This document shows positions 27,346 through 34,729 of a stretch of DNA of 46,756 bases, in pieces. The stretch is from contig DATFXF010000279.1 in the NCBI GenBank assembly GCA_035258565.1, positions 1 to 46,756 of the forward strand, written 5' to 3'. The notes below the pieces were generated by a model. It did not search any database and was not told the DNA's origin. It was given only the letters and a program-made list of their open reading frames with translations. Each line of letters starts with the position of its first letter. The first letter of the stretch is position 1. The translations under genes and the position numbers were made by a program. Source of the DNA: Candidatus Acidiferrales bacterium. Its GTDB lineage: Bacteria > Acidobacteriota > Terriglobia > Acidiferrales > UBA7541.

Positions 27346-28133
27346 CGTCCGGTCCAGAACCCCGCGGGATCGATCTCGCGCATGGCGGCAAGCTCGGCCG
27401 CGCTGGGCGATGGGGTCTCCAGCAGCTTGTCCGCCAGGCGCAGCGTCCAGCCGCTATTCGACAGCACGTCTTCGACGCGCACTCCGGGGTGGACGGAGGC
27501 GAGATAGGCCTCGCCGTCGTTAGTGAAGCGCAGCACGCCGAGCGTGGTGATGATCGCGGAAGGCCCCGAGCGTGCCGGCAGGCCCTGAGCGCGTCGCCAG
27601 CTATCGCCCGACCCATAGCCCGGCGAAGTGAGGTAGCTGACGCGCTCGACCAAACGCGAGCGGTCATGTTCGAGCAGCACCACGGTGCGTTGCGCAAGGC
27701 AGGCGATGTCGCAGGCGCCACCTGAGCCCGGCAGGCGGATGGTTTCTCCGCCTCGATGTCCCCAAGTGGAATTCAAGTTGCCGAAGCGGTCCACCTCCGC
27801 CGCGCCGAGAAAGCCCGTGTGCACCCGCCCCTGTTGCAGCAGACTCATGACGTCCAGCATCTGGCCGCACAGTGTGGCGCCGCGAAGATTCGGCGGGTCC
27901 GCCATCGTGTAGAGAAGTTCCTGGGCCGGCTCGTCGCGGATCACCCCGTTTTCGTAGAGACCGATGGCCGTCGGCGCGTGCGTGCGTCGCGCCACCAGGA
28001 ACGCCAGCAGCGGCAGGCGCATGCCCACAAACACCAACTCCGCGTCGCGGATTTCGCGGGCAGCGGCGGCCACCATCAGCTCTCCGAGCGAGTAGCCGCG
28101 GGCCGACATTTCCGTCTGTGTAGGGGAAGCCAT
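27342..28133 (-). CDS. Class I CoA-transferase subunit B (GctB-like) with the catalytic ENG glutamate
   Basis: 263 aa. GLYENGVI (the (S)ENG motif carrying the CoA-accepting Glu), ...LPGSGGACDIA. Confidence 0.7.
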   Translation of the reverse strand: MASPTQTEMSARGYSLGELMVAAAAREIRDAELVFVGMRLPLLAFLVARRTHAPTAIGLYENGVIRDEPAQELLYTMADPPNLRGATLCGQMLDVMSLLQQGRVHTGFLGAAEVDRFGNLNSTWGHRGGETIRLPGSGGACDIACLAQRTVVLLEHDRSRLVERVSYLTSPGYGSGDSWRRAQGLPARSGPSAIITTLGVLRFTNDGEAYLASVHPGVRVEDVLSNSGWTLRLADKLLETPSPSAAELAAMREIDPAGFWTGR

Positions 28134-28147
28134 CGCGCGCCGTGGTG

Positions 28148-29266
28148 CTATTCGATGGATCCTTTCGGGGTGATCCAGTTGGGCTCGTTCACCTGGATTT
28201 CATTTACCAGCTTGACGTCTTCCGGCTGCGGCAGCACTTGGCGACAGTGCTCCTCGTATTCGCTCTCGGTGAGCAGCTCGCCGGTCACGCTATAGGGCTG
28301 GTTGGCAAACTCGCCGATGTGACGGTTGAACTTCAGGTCTGGCACGTAGAGGTTCGGCTGGCCCGGAGCGATGTTCTTGTTGATCTGCCCGATCAGCTTC
28401 TGGCACTCCTGGTGAAAGAGCGCGCGGCTGTGCTCGTTCATATGCTCGAGGTCCGCTTCCTGCTTGGCCTGCGGCTCGTCGTAGCGGCCCTTGAGGCCCC
28501 AGACATAGAACCAGTGCGCCGAGCTCGAGCGGTCCACGCCGAACAGGTCATAGCTCACTGGCACCCACTTGTTGATGAACTTCTGCACGATCGGGAGCGG
28601 CACCACGCCGGCCTTGACGATTCGCTTCACGCCGTCCTGCCCGGTGCCCAAGTGGAAGGATTCCTCCTTGAGCATGGGGATCATGGATTGCGCCAGCGGC
28701 GCAAAGCCGGAGTAGCTGAGCATAGTGAGTTGGAACTTTCCGTCGCGATCGACGAAATCTGTGTAGGTGAAGAAGTCGAGCCAGTTATTGACATCCTGGT
28801 TGAAGGCACCGAGCAGGCGCCTCTGCTCAAACGCGCGCCGCTCGAGCATCTTCTGCGCTTCGACGCGCCCGCTGTAACCGAAATGGTTGATCAGCAGGTG
28901 GCACATCTGCCAGCCGTGGCGCATCTCCTCTGTCACAACGCGGCAGAGCGACTGCCGGTCGTGCTCCGAGGGAGCGGCCTCAAACAGCCGCCGCTGCTGC
29001 TCGACAGAAGCAAACTCCGTGTCCCCCTGATAGACGATCAAGTTGAGCAGCGCGTCGCGCATGCGCTGGTCCGGAATCTGGATCACCTTCTCCCATTTTG
29101 GCCGACCCTGGAAGGCGCCGAACTCGACTTCGTTTGAGCGCGTGGGGCCGAACTTGGCCTCGAACTTGTAGTTGACGATTTCCGGGTAGTCCACCCCGAT
29201 ATCCTTCTGCCAGACGCGAAACAGGTCCACCCAATCGTCAAAGGTGGCAATGCGCTTTGCGGGCAT
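28148..29266 (-). CDS. BoxB-like diiron oxygenase (benzoyl-CoA 2,3-epoxidase subunit B family), short form
   Basis: IVYQGDTEFASVEQQRRL, TEEMRHGWQM (ExxH), GAFNQDVNNWLDFFTYTDFVDRDGKFQL and LKEESFHLGTG (ExxH) correspond to blocks I recall from Azoarcus BoxB. At 372 aa it is shorter than the roughly 470 aa I recall. AGGAGGAG SD upstream. Confidence 0.7.
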   Translation of the reverse strand: MPAKRIATFDDWVDLFRVWQKDIGVDYPEIVNYKFEAKFGPTRSNEVEFGAFQGRPKWEKVIQIPDQRMRDALLNLIVYQGDTEFASVEQQRRLFEAAPSEHDRQSLCRVVTEEMRHGWQMCHLLINHFGYSGRVEAQKMLERRAFEQRRLLGAFNQDVNNWLDFFTYTDFVDRDGKFQLTMLSYSGFAPLAQSMIPMLKEESFHLGTGQDGVKRIVKAGVVPLPIVQKFINKWVPVSYDLFGVDRSSSAHWFYVWGLKGRYDEPQAKQEADLEHMNEHSRALFHQECQKLIGQINKNIAPGQPNLYVPDLKFNRHIGEFANQPYSVTGELLTESEYEEHCRQVLPQPEDVKLVNEIQVNEPNWITPKGSIE

Positions 29267-29421
29267 GATTGCGGCTCCTCCTGATTTGAGCTTGCGAAAC
29301 TCGAGATGGCTTTCCCCGAATGCGCTCGAACGGTGAGCCCGCCACTAGGGGCCGAGAACCCCGACCGAGCTCGGAATGTTTGGCTTCGCTCCGCAGGACC
29401 GCATTGGGGTACCTCGGTGCG

Positions 29422-30237
29422 CTAACGACCTTGGAAGCGCGGAGGGCGTTTCTCGAAGAACGCCCGGATGCCCTCTCCCGAGTCGTCGGATTCGAAGCAC
29501 CGCATCTGCGTCGCGACCTCGAATTCGAGTGCGCGCTCTAGCTCCGCGCGGTCGTTGCCAAACAGCACCTGTTTGATCCCGCGGACAACGAGCGGAGGCG
29601 CCTGGGCCAGACGCTCGGCAAGCGCGCGCGTCTCTGCGGCCAGCCGCTCGGGCGCGACGACACGGTTCAGCAGGCCCAGCCGCTCGCCCTCGCGCGCGTC
29701 GATCATTTCGCCAGTGTAAAGCATCTCCGCCGCGCGCGACGCTCCGACCAGGCGCGGCAACAAGAATGTTGCGCCGTAGTCCGGGAACAAACCCACGCGG
29801 GCAAAGCTCTGGCCGAGCACGGCCTCTTCCGAGGCTATGCGGATGTCCGAAGCCAGCGCCAGGTTCATTCCCGCGCCCGCCGCGGGCCCATTCACTTGAG
29901 CAATGATGGGCTTCGGCATGGTGCGCATCCCGACCACGATCTCGACCCCGGCGCGCAGCAGGGGCTCCAGCTCACGGCTCCGACCGCTTGCGCGCGCCTC
30001 CTGGATGAGCTTCAGATCGCCCCCGGAGCAGAACGCCCTCCCCGTGCCGGTCAGTACCACAACGCGAATCTGTGGGTCTTCTGCCACCCGCGCCATCGCC
30101 CGGGCAAGCTCGGTGCTCAACTCCACGTTGAGCGCGTTGAGCCGCTCGGGGCGGTTCATCGTGAGCGTGACCACCGGACCCTCGCGCGTTTCGAGCACGA
30201 GGCTGGTCCGGGTAGCGGGTTGTTCGGCTTGGGGCAC
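29422..30237 (-). CDS. PaaG-like crotonase-fold isomerase (1,2-epoxyphenylacetyl-CoA isomerase / enoyl-CoA isomerase type), lacking both hydratase glutamates
   Basis: VVTLTMNRPERLNAL, NGPAAGAGMNLALASDIRIA (Asn where hydratases have Glu), GQSFARVGLFPDYGATFLLPRLVG (no PE; Asp present as in PaaG). Closely resembles E. coli PaaG by eye. Confidence 0.7.
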   Translation of the reverse strand: MPQAEQPATRTSLVLETREGPVVTLTMNRPERLNALNVELSTELARAMARVAEDPQIRVVVLTGTGRAFCSGGDLKLIQEARASGRSRELEPLLRAGVEIVVGMRTMPKPIIAQVNGPAAGAGMNLALASDIRIASEEAVLGQSFARVGLFPDYGATFLLPRLVGASRAAEMLYTGEMIDAREGERLGLLNRVVAPERLAAETRALAERLAQAPPLVVRGIKQVLFGNDRAELERALEFEVATQMRCFESDDSGEGIRAFFEKRPPRFQGR

Positions 30238-30244
30238 GAACCTC

Positions 30245-30754
30245 CTAGTCCCTCAGGCCCTTCAGCACTTGACCGAGCTGGCGAAAGCGGCGGAGCTTCT
30301 GCCCGCGGTCGACGGCGTTTTGCCCGCTGGTCGAGGGCAACACGAAGACCAGTGCGCCGTAGAGCCGCTCCTTCTGCAAGCCAAGCTTGCAAGAACGCTG
30401 GGCAAATTTCTCGAACACTAGCTTGCCGTTGAAGGCAATGACGCGTGGCGCATACTGTTCAAGCTTGTGTGCCAACAGGACGCGGCCTTCGGCAACCTCG
30501 TGCCGGTCAATCTCTTCGATCCCTCGCGTGGGGCGCTTGACGAGATCGGTCAGCCCGATGCCGAACTCAATCAGGCGCTTATCGTCCTGGTAATCGAGCA
30601 GTTCCGGCACAATCCCCCCATCGTAGAGCAGGGGCCAGAACAGATTGCCGCGGCCAGCGTAATAGTGGCCCAGACGCGCCGAGCGTTCCCCGGGATTGAA
30701 GCCCACCACCACCAGCTTCATTCCGCGCCGCAGATAGTCGGGTAGCGTGCGCAT
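30245..30754 (-). CDS. mug: G/U mismatch-specific (Mug/family 2) uracil-DNA glycosylase
   Basis: MKLVVVGFNPGERSARLGHYYAGRGNLFWPLL and VLPSTSG match the Mug GINPG...N.FW and PNPSG motifs. 169 aa. The ATG abuts the aldehyde dehydrogenase TAG with no gap. Confidence 0.8.
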   Translation of the reverse strand: MRTLPDYLRRGMKLVVVGFNPGERSARLGHYYAGRGNLFWPLLYDGGIVPELLDYQDDKRLIEFGIGLTDLVKRPTRGIEEIDRHEVAEGRVLLAHKLEQYAPRVIAFNGKLVFEKFAQRSCKLGLQKERLYGALVFVLPSTSGQNAVDRGQKLRRFRQLGQVLKGLRD

Positions 30755-32224
30755 CTAGGCCAGGTTCACCCACACGCTCTTCACCTGGGTGTAGTGTTCA
30801 ATGGCGTGCATGCCGAGTTCGCGGCCGTAGCCGCTCATCTTATAGCCGCCGAAGGTCGCTGCGGGGTCGTAATTATTGTAGGTGTTGATCCACACGGTTC
30901 CGGCCTGAAGCCTGCGCGCCATGCGATGCGCCTTGGCGATATCGCGCGTCCAAACGGCCGCCGCCAAACCGTAGGGCGTTTCGTTCGCCTGGCGCACCGC
31001 ATCCTCGATCTCGCCGAATTCGATGCTCGCCAGGACCGGCCCAAAGATCTCTTCGCGAGCGATGGTCATGTCGTTGCGCACGCCGTCAAAAACGGTTGGC
31101 TGGACAAAAAAGCCTTGGCCGTCGCCCACACGGACCCGCTCGCCGCCGGCGACGAGCCGGGCGCCCTCGCTCTTTCCCTTTTCGATGTAACCCAGGACGG
31201 TTTGCATCTGCCGCTCACTGACCAGCGCGCCGAAGCGCGTCTTGGGATCGAGCGGGTCAGCCGGCTGGAGCTTCTTCGCGCGCTCGACCAGCCTCCCCAT
31301 GAAGTCATCGTGGATCTTCTTTTCGACAAAGAGCCGCGAGCCGGCCGCACAGACTTCGCCCTTGCCGTAAAAGATGCCGATCGTCGCGCCGCGGACGGCA
31401 GCCTCGAGATCGGCATCTGCAAACACGATGTTGGGCGACTTGCCACCCAGCTCCAGCGTGACGCGCTTCAACGTATCGGCCGAATCCCGCAGGATCTCCT
31501 GCCCGGTTCGTGTCTCCCCGGTGATGGCCACCTTGGCCACGCCGGGATGCCGGACCAGGGCCTTGCCCAACGTCGAGCCGGGCCCGGTGAGGACATTGAC
31601 CACGCCGTCGGGCACGCCGGCCTCCTGGCAGATCTCCGCAAAGCGCAGCGCCGTCAGCGGTGTCCAACTGGCAGGCTTGAGCACGACGGTGTTCCCCGCC
31701 GCGAGCGCCGGCGCCACCTTCCAGGAGGCCAGCAACAAGGGAAAATTCCACGGCACGATCGCGGCGACGACGCCCAAGGGTTCACGTAGCGTATAGTGGA
31801 GGAACGGCCCGCGGACCGGCACCGTCTCGCCGTGAATCTTCGTCGCCCAGCCGGCATAGTAGCGAAAAACCTCCGCCACCATGGGCATGTCAATCTGGCG
31901 CGACTCGGAGATAGGCTTGCCGTTGTCGAGCGTCTCGAGCCTGCCGAGTTCTTCCCTGTACTTGTCGATGAGGTCGCCGATCTTCCACAGCAACCGGGCG
32001 CGGTCGGAGGCGCTCATCTCCGGCCAGGGGCCGGATTCGAAGGCTTGGCGCGCGGCCCCGACGGCAGCATCTGCGTCGCGCTCATCGCCTTCGGCAATCA
32101 CCGTGAGCATCTCGCCCGTGGCGGGATTGATGGTGGGGAAGGTCTTGCCGGAGGCGGACTCGACCCACTTGCCGCCGATGAACAGCTTTCCTGGTTTCAC
32201 CTGAACCTGCGGTGCGCTGGCCAT
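30755..32224 (-). CDS. NAD(P)-dependent aldehyde dehydrogenase
   Basis: LFIGGKWVES...INPATGE, VTLELGGKSP, GEVCAAGSR (catalytic Cys), EEIFGPV. The start is placed at the internal ATG 32224, which has a GAGAGGA SD. Confidence 0.9.
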   Translation of the reverse strand: MASAPQVQVKPGKLFIGGKWVESASGKTFPTINPATGEMLTVIAEGDERDADAAVGAARQAFESGPWPEMSASDRARLLWKIGDLIDKYREELGRLETLDNGKPISESRQIDMPMVAEVFRYYAGWATKIHGETVPVRGPFLHYTLREPLGVVAAIVPWNFPLLLASWKVAPALAAGNTVVLKPASWTPLTALRFAEICQEAGVPDGVVNVLTGPGSTLGKALVRHPGVAKVAITGETRTGQEILRDSADTLKRVTLELGGKSPNIVFADADLEAAVRGATIGIFYGKGEVCAAGSRLFVEKKIHDDFMGRLVERAKKLQPADPLDPKTRFGALVSERQMQTVLGYIEKGKSEGARLVAGGERVRVGDGQGFFVQPTVFDGVRNDMTIAREEIFGPVLASIEFGEIEDAVRQANETPYGLAAAVWTRDIAKAHRMARRLQAGTVWINTYNNYDPAATFGGYKMSGYGRELGMHAIEHYTQVKSVWVNLA

Positions 32225-32379
32225 GGGATCCTCTCTTCCGTTGCTCAGATGGGGCACAAACTTTGCGCGGCTGATTCCTCATCGAGGCTGGTTTTCAGCG
32301 GAGCATTGCTCCCAGCCCGAGCCTTCCTCTCCACCGGCGTTCCTTCCTCGCCCACTTGAGAGTCTCCGGGGGCGCGCGG

Positions 32380-33189
32380 TCACTTGCCCCGGAACTGCGG
32401 GTGCCGCTTCTCCACGTAAGCCGAGAGCCCTTCCTTGGCATCCTCGCTGGTGAAAAGCAACTGTTGCAATTCGCGCTCCAGGGCCAGCGCTTCGGCAAAC
32501 GGCACCTCTGCGCCGGTCACCACGGCACGCTTGATGCGGCCCACCGCGCGGGCGGCCTTGTTGGGCGGGCAGAACTGCCGGGCATAGGCCATCACGTCGT
32601 CCCAGAAGGTGTCGCGGTCATAGAGGTAGTGGATCAGGCCGAACTCGAGCGCTTCTTCAAAGCTGAACGTGCGGCCGGTGGCCATCAACTCGAGAGCACG
32701 CGCCTTGCCGATGACGCGCGCGAGACGCTGCGTGCCTCCCGTGCCAGGCAGCACTCCGAGGTTCACCTCGGGCAAGCCGATCTTGCCGCCTTCCTGCTTG
32801 GCGATGCGGATGTCGCAGGCGAGTGCGATCTCGAGGCCGCCGCCGACCGTGTGACCGTTGAGCGCCGCGAGGACAAGCTTTGGCGTCTGCTCCAGCCGGT
32901 TCAACGTTTCATTGGCGTGCAGGCAGAAGTAGTATTTGAACTGCGGGTCGGCTTTGGCCAGCATGGGAATGCTCGCGCCGGCCGAGAAGAATTTCTGGCC
33001 CGCGCCGCGCAAGACCAGCACGTGGACGTTCTCGTCCATGCGCGCGCGCAGGATGGCTTCGTCGAGCTGCTGCATCATCTCGTAGGTGTAGGTGTTGGCC
33101 GGCGGGTCATCCATTTCCAAAATGGCCACACCGTTGTCCACCTGGTAGTGCAGCAACTCCTTCTGTTCAACTGCCTGCGTGGTCGCCAT
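32380..33189 (-). CDS. Enoyl-CoA hydratase (canonical, both Glu present)
   Basis: FFSAGASI, GHTVGGGLEIALACDIRIA, GLPEVNLGVLPGTGGTQRL. Confidence 0.85.
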   Translation of the reverse strand: MATTQAVEQKELLHYQVDNGVAILEMDDPPANTYTYEMMQQLDEAILRARMDENVHVLVLRGAGQKFFSAGASIPMLAKADPQFKYYFCLHANETLNRLEQTPKLVLAALNGHTVGGGLEIALACDIRIAKQEGGKIGLPEVNLGVLPGTGGTQRLARVIGKARALELMATGRTFSFEEALEFGLIHYLYDRDTFWDDVMAYARQFCPPNKAARAVGRIKRAVVTGAEVPFAEALALERELQQLLFTSEDAKEGLSAYVEKRHPQFRGK

Positions 33190-33227
33190 CGTTCTCCTCC
33201 CCTGGGTGAGAATTGGGGTTCTGAGGT

Positions 33228-33902
33228 TTACGCCGAGGCCCGCGCCCGGTGCTGCGGGAGGCCCCGCCCGATGGGCAGGGGCCGCGCCCGTCGAGCAGCC
33301 TGGCCGTTCCCCACGCCCTCAAGAAAAATGTCCGCCACGATCTCCGCCAGCCGGTCCGCCGGGGGATCCACCCGCGGATGGTGCCAGGTGTAAATCCAGT
33401 TCATCATCCCGAACAGGCTCAGGACGGCGACGCGCGGATTCATGCGGCGCACGCGACCGCCGGCCCGCAGTTCGTCAAAAATGCTACGCGCCAACTGGTA
33501 ATAGCGCCGCTTGATCTCCGCCACTTCCCGGCGGTAGGGGTCTTCGAGCGCCAGGTCTTCGTGGGCCAGGACCTTCATCTCCATGGGGTGGCGCAGGAAG
33601 TACTCAATGTGATTCGCGACCAACGTGCGCAAACGCTCCTCGGGGTCGAGCAGGCCGGCTAGGCGGCGTTCGAGGCGTTGCAGGATGCTCGTAAACGCAT
33701 GTATTTGGATGAGATAGAGGAGCTTCTGCTTGCTCTCGAAATAGTAGTAGAGACCCGAGAGCGAAACGCCACTGGCCCGGCTGATGTCGCGGATCGAAGC
33801 CCCCTCGAAGCCCTTTTCACTGAACACGCGCGCGGCCTGGCGCAGAATGCGCTGCAGCTTGGCCTGGGAGTCGCGGTGGTTGTTGGGAGCGCTTCGGGGC
33901 AC
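33228..33902 (-). CDS. TetR/AcrR family transcriptional regulator
   Basis: ILRQAARVFSEKGFEGASIRDISRASGVSLSGLYYYFESK helix-turn-helix. GTG start. It heads the minus-strand cluster. Confidence 0.88.
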   Translation of the reverse strand: MPRSAPNNHRDSQAKLQRILRQAARVFSEKGFEGASIRDISRASGVSLSGLYYYFESKQKLLYLIQIHAFTSILQRLERRLAGLLDPEERLRTLVANHIEYFLRHPMEMKVLAHEDLALEDPYRREVAEIKRRYYQLARSIFDELRAGGRVRRMNPRVAVLSLFGMMNWIYTWHHPRVDPPADRLAEIVADIFLEGVGNGQAARRARPLPIGRGLPQHRARASA

Positions 33903-33912
33903 GGGAATCTAG

Positions 33913-33928
33913 TCGAACGTTCGTTCGA
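33913..33928. promoter_or_regulatory. Candidate TetR operator: overlapping palindromes TCGAAC-N4-GTTCGA and CGAACGTTCG
   Basis: TCGAACGTTCGTTCGA lies 11 nt upstream of the TetR start, in the TetR / ECF-sigma divergent intergenic region. It contains a perfect 10-bp palindrome (33914-33923) and a 6-bp inverted repeat with a 4-bp spacer. Confidence 0.35.
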
Positions 33929-34018
33929 AAAATAGCGCGAGACGCCGAGAATGTCAAGGGCTGAAACGATCTGCATCCTGGGCCAGATCCATGGCGTCGA
34001 ATAAAGAGTAGGGACGAC

Positions 34019-34729
34019 ATGGGGAACCAAAGCAGCCAAAGGTATGCTACCCTCTCGGGCGCGAGGCAGTTGTGCCTTCCAGTGGGATGGCACACCGCAT
34101 ACCGCTTGAGTTCTGCCCACCCAAAACCGGCTGCATCGGCAATCGCCAAAGACGACGAAGGCGTTCTGGTCGCTTCGGCGAAAGCGGGAGACGCCTCTGC
34201 ATTCGAGGAGCTGGTCAACCGCTACGAAGGAAAAATCTTTCGGCTGGCCATGAACATCACGCAAAACCGCGAAGACGCCGAAGACGTAATGCAAGACGCG
34301 TTCCTGAAGGCCTTCGCGCATCTGCGGGAGTTTCAGGGGGACTCGCGCTTCTACACCTGGCTCGTTCGCATCAGCGTGAACGAAGCCCTGATGAAGCTGC
34401 GCAAGCGCCGGCCGAACCAGATTTCGCTCGACGAGCCAGTCGAATCCGAAGAAGACTTGCTGCCGCGCGAGATCAAAGACTGGGGCCCCACACCCGAGCA
34501 GCAGTTTGCGCAGAGCGAGTTGCACACCGTGCTCTCCAATGTGATCAGCCAGCTGAACCCCGCCTTCCGAATCGTATTCTTGTTGCGTGACATCGAAGAG
34601 CTCTCCACTGAAGAAACGGCGCAGCTGCTCGGATTGTCCGTACCTGCTGTAAAATCGCGCTTGCTCCGTGCTCGCCTCAAGCTGCGTCAAAAGCTGGATA
34701 ACTACTTTCAACGGAGTAGATCAAATTGA
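34019..34729 (+). CDS. ECF (sigma-70 family group 4) RNA polymerase sigma factor (start uncertain; the N-terminus may be shorter)
   Basis: Region 2 FEELVNRYEGKIFRLAMNITQNREDAEDVMQDAFLKAF...YTWLVRISVNEAL and region 4 FRIVFLLRDIEELSTEETAQLLGLSVPAVKSRLLRARLKL. Confidence 0.85.
   Translation: MGNQSSQRYATLSGARQLCLPVGWHTAYRLSSAHPKPAASAIAKDDEGVLVASAKAGDASAFEELVNRYEGKIFRLAMNITQNREDAEDVMQDAFLKAFAHLREFQGDSRFYTWLVRISVNEALMKLRKRRPNQISLDEPVESEEDLLPREIKDWGPTPEQQFAQSELHTVLSNVISQLNPAFRIVFLLRDIEELSTEETAQLLGLSVPAVKSRLLRARLKLRQKLDNYFQRSRSN

Noticed and set aside
25662-29137. Long plus-strand ORFs 25662-26756, 26524-27507 and 28142-29137
   Set aside because: Each mirrors a motif-supported minus-strand gene (CoA-transferase A, hydratase, BoxB-like). 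The composition is typical of antisense frames.
29267-32379. The two internal gaps of the cluster are both exactly 155 nt (29267-29421 and 32225-32379): a possible repeated regulatory element?
   Set aside because: Read side by side on the coding strand, they share no evident sequence similarity. The equal length appears coincidental. They remain candidate internal promoter sites only.
30794-33393. Plus-strand ORFs 30794-31789 and 32356-33393
   Set aside because: They are antisense to the aldehyde dehydrogenase and to the hydratase/TetR genes.
33659-34711. 350-aa minus-strand ORF crossing the TetR 5' end, the intergenic region and the sigma factor gene
   Set aside because: It would span a divergent promoter region and is antisense to the sigma factor, which has clear region 2 and region 4 motifs.
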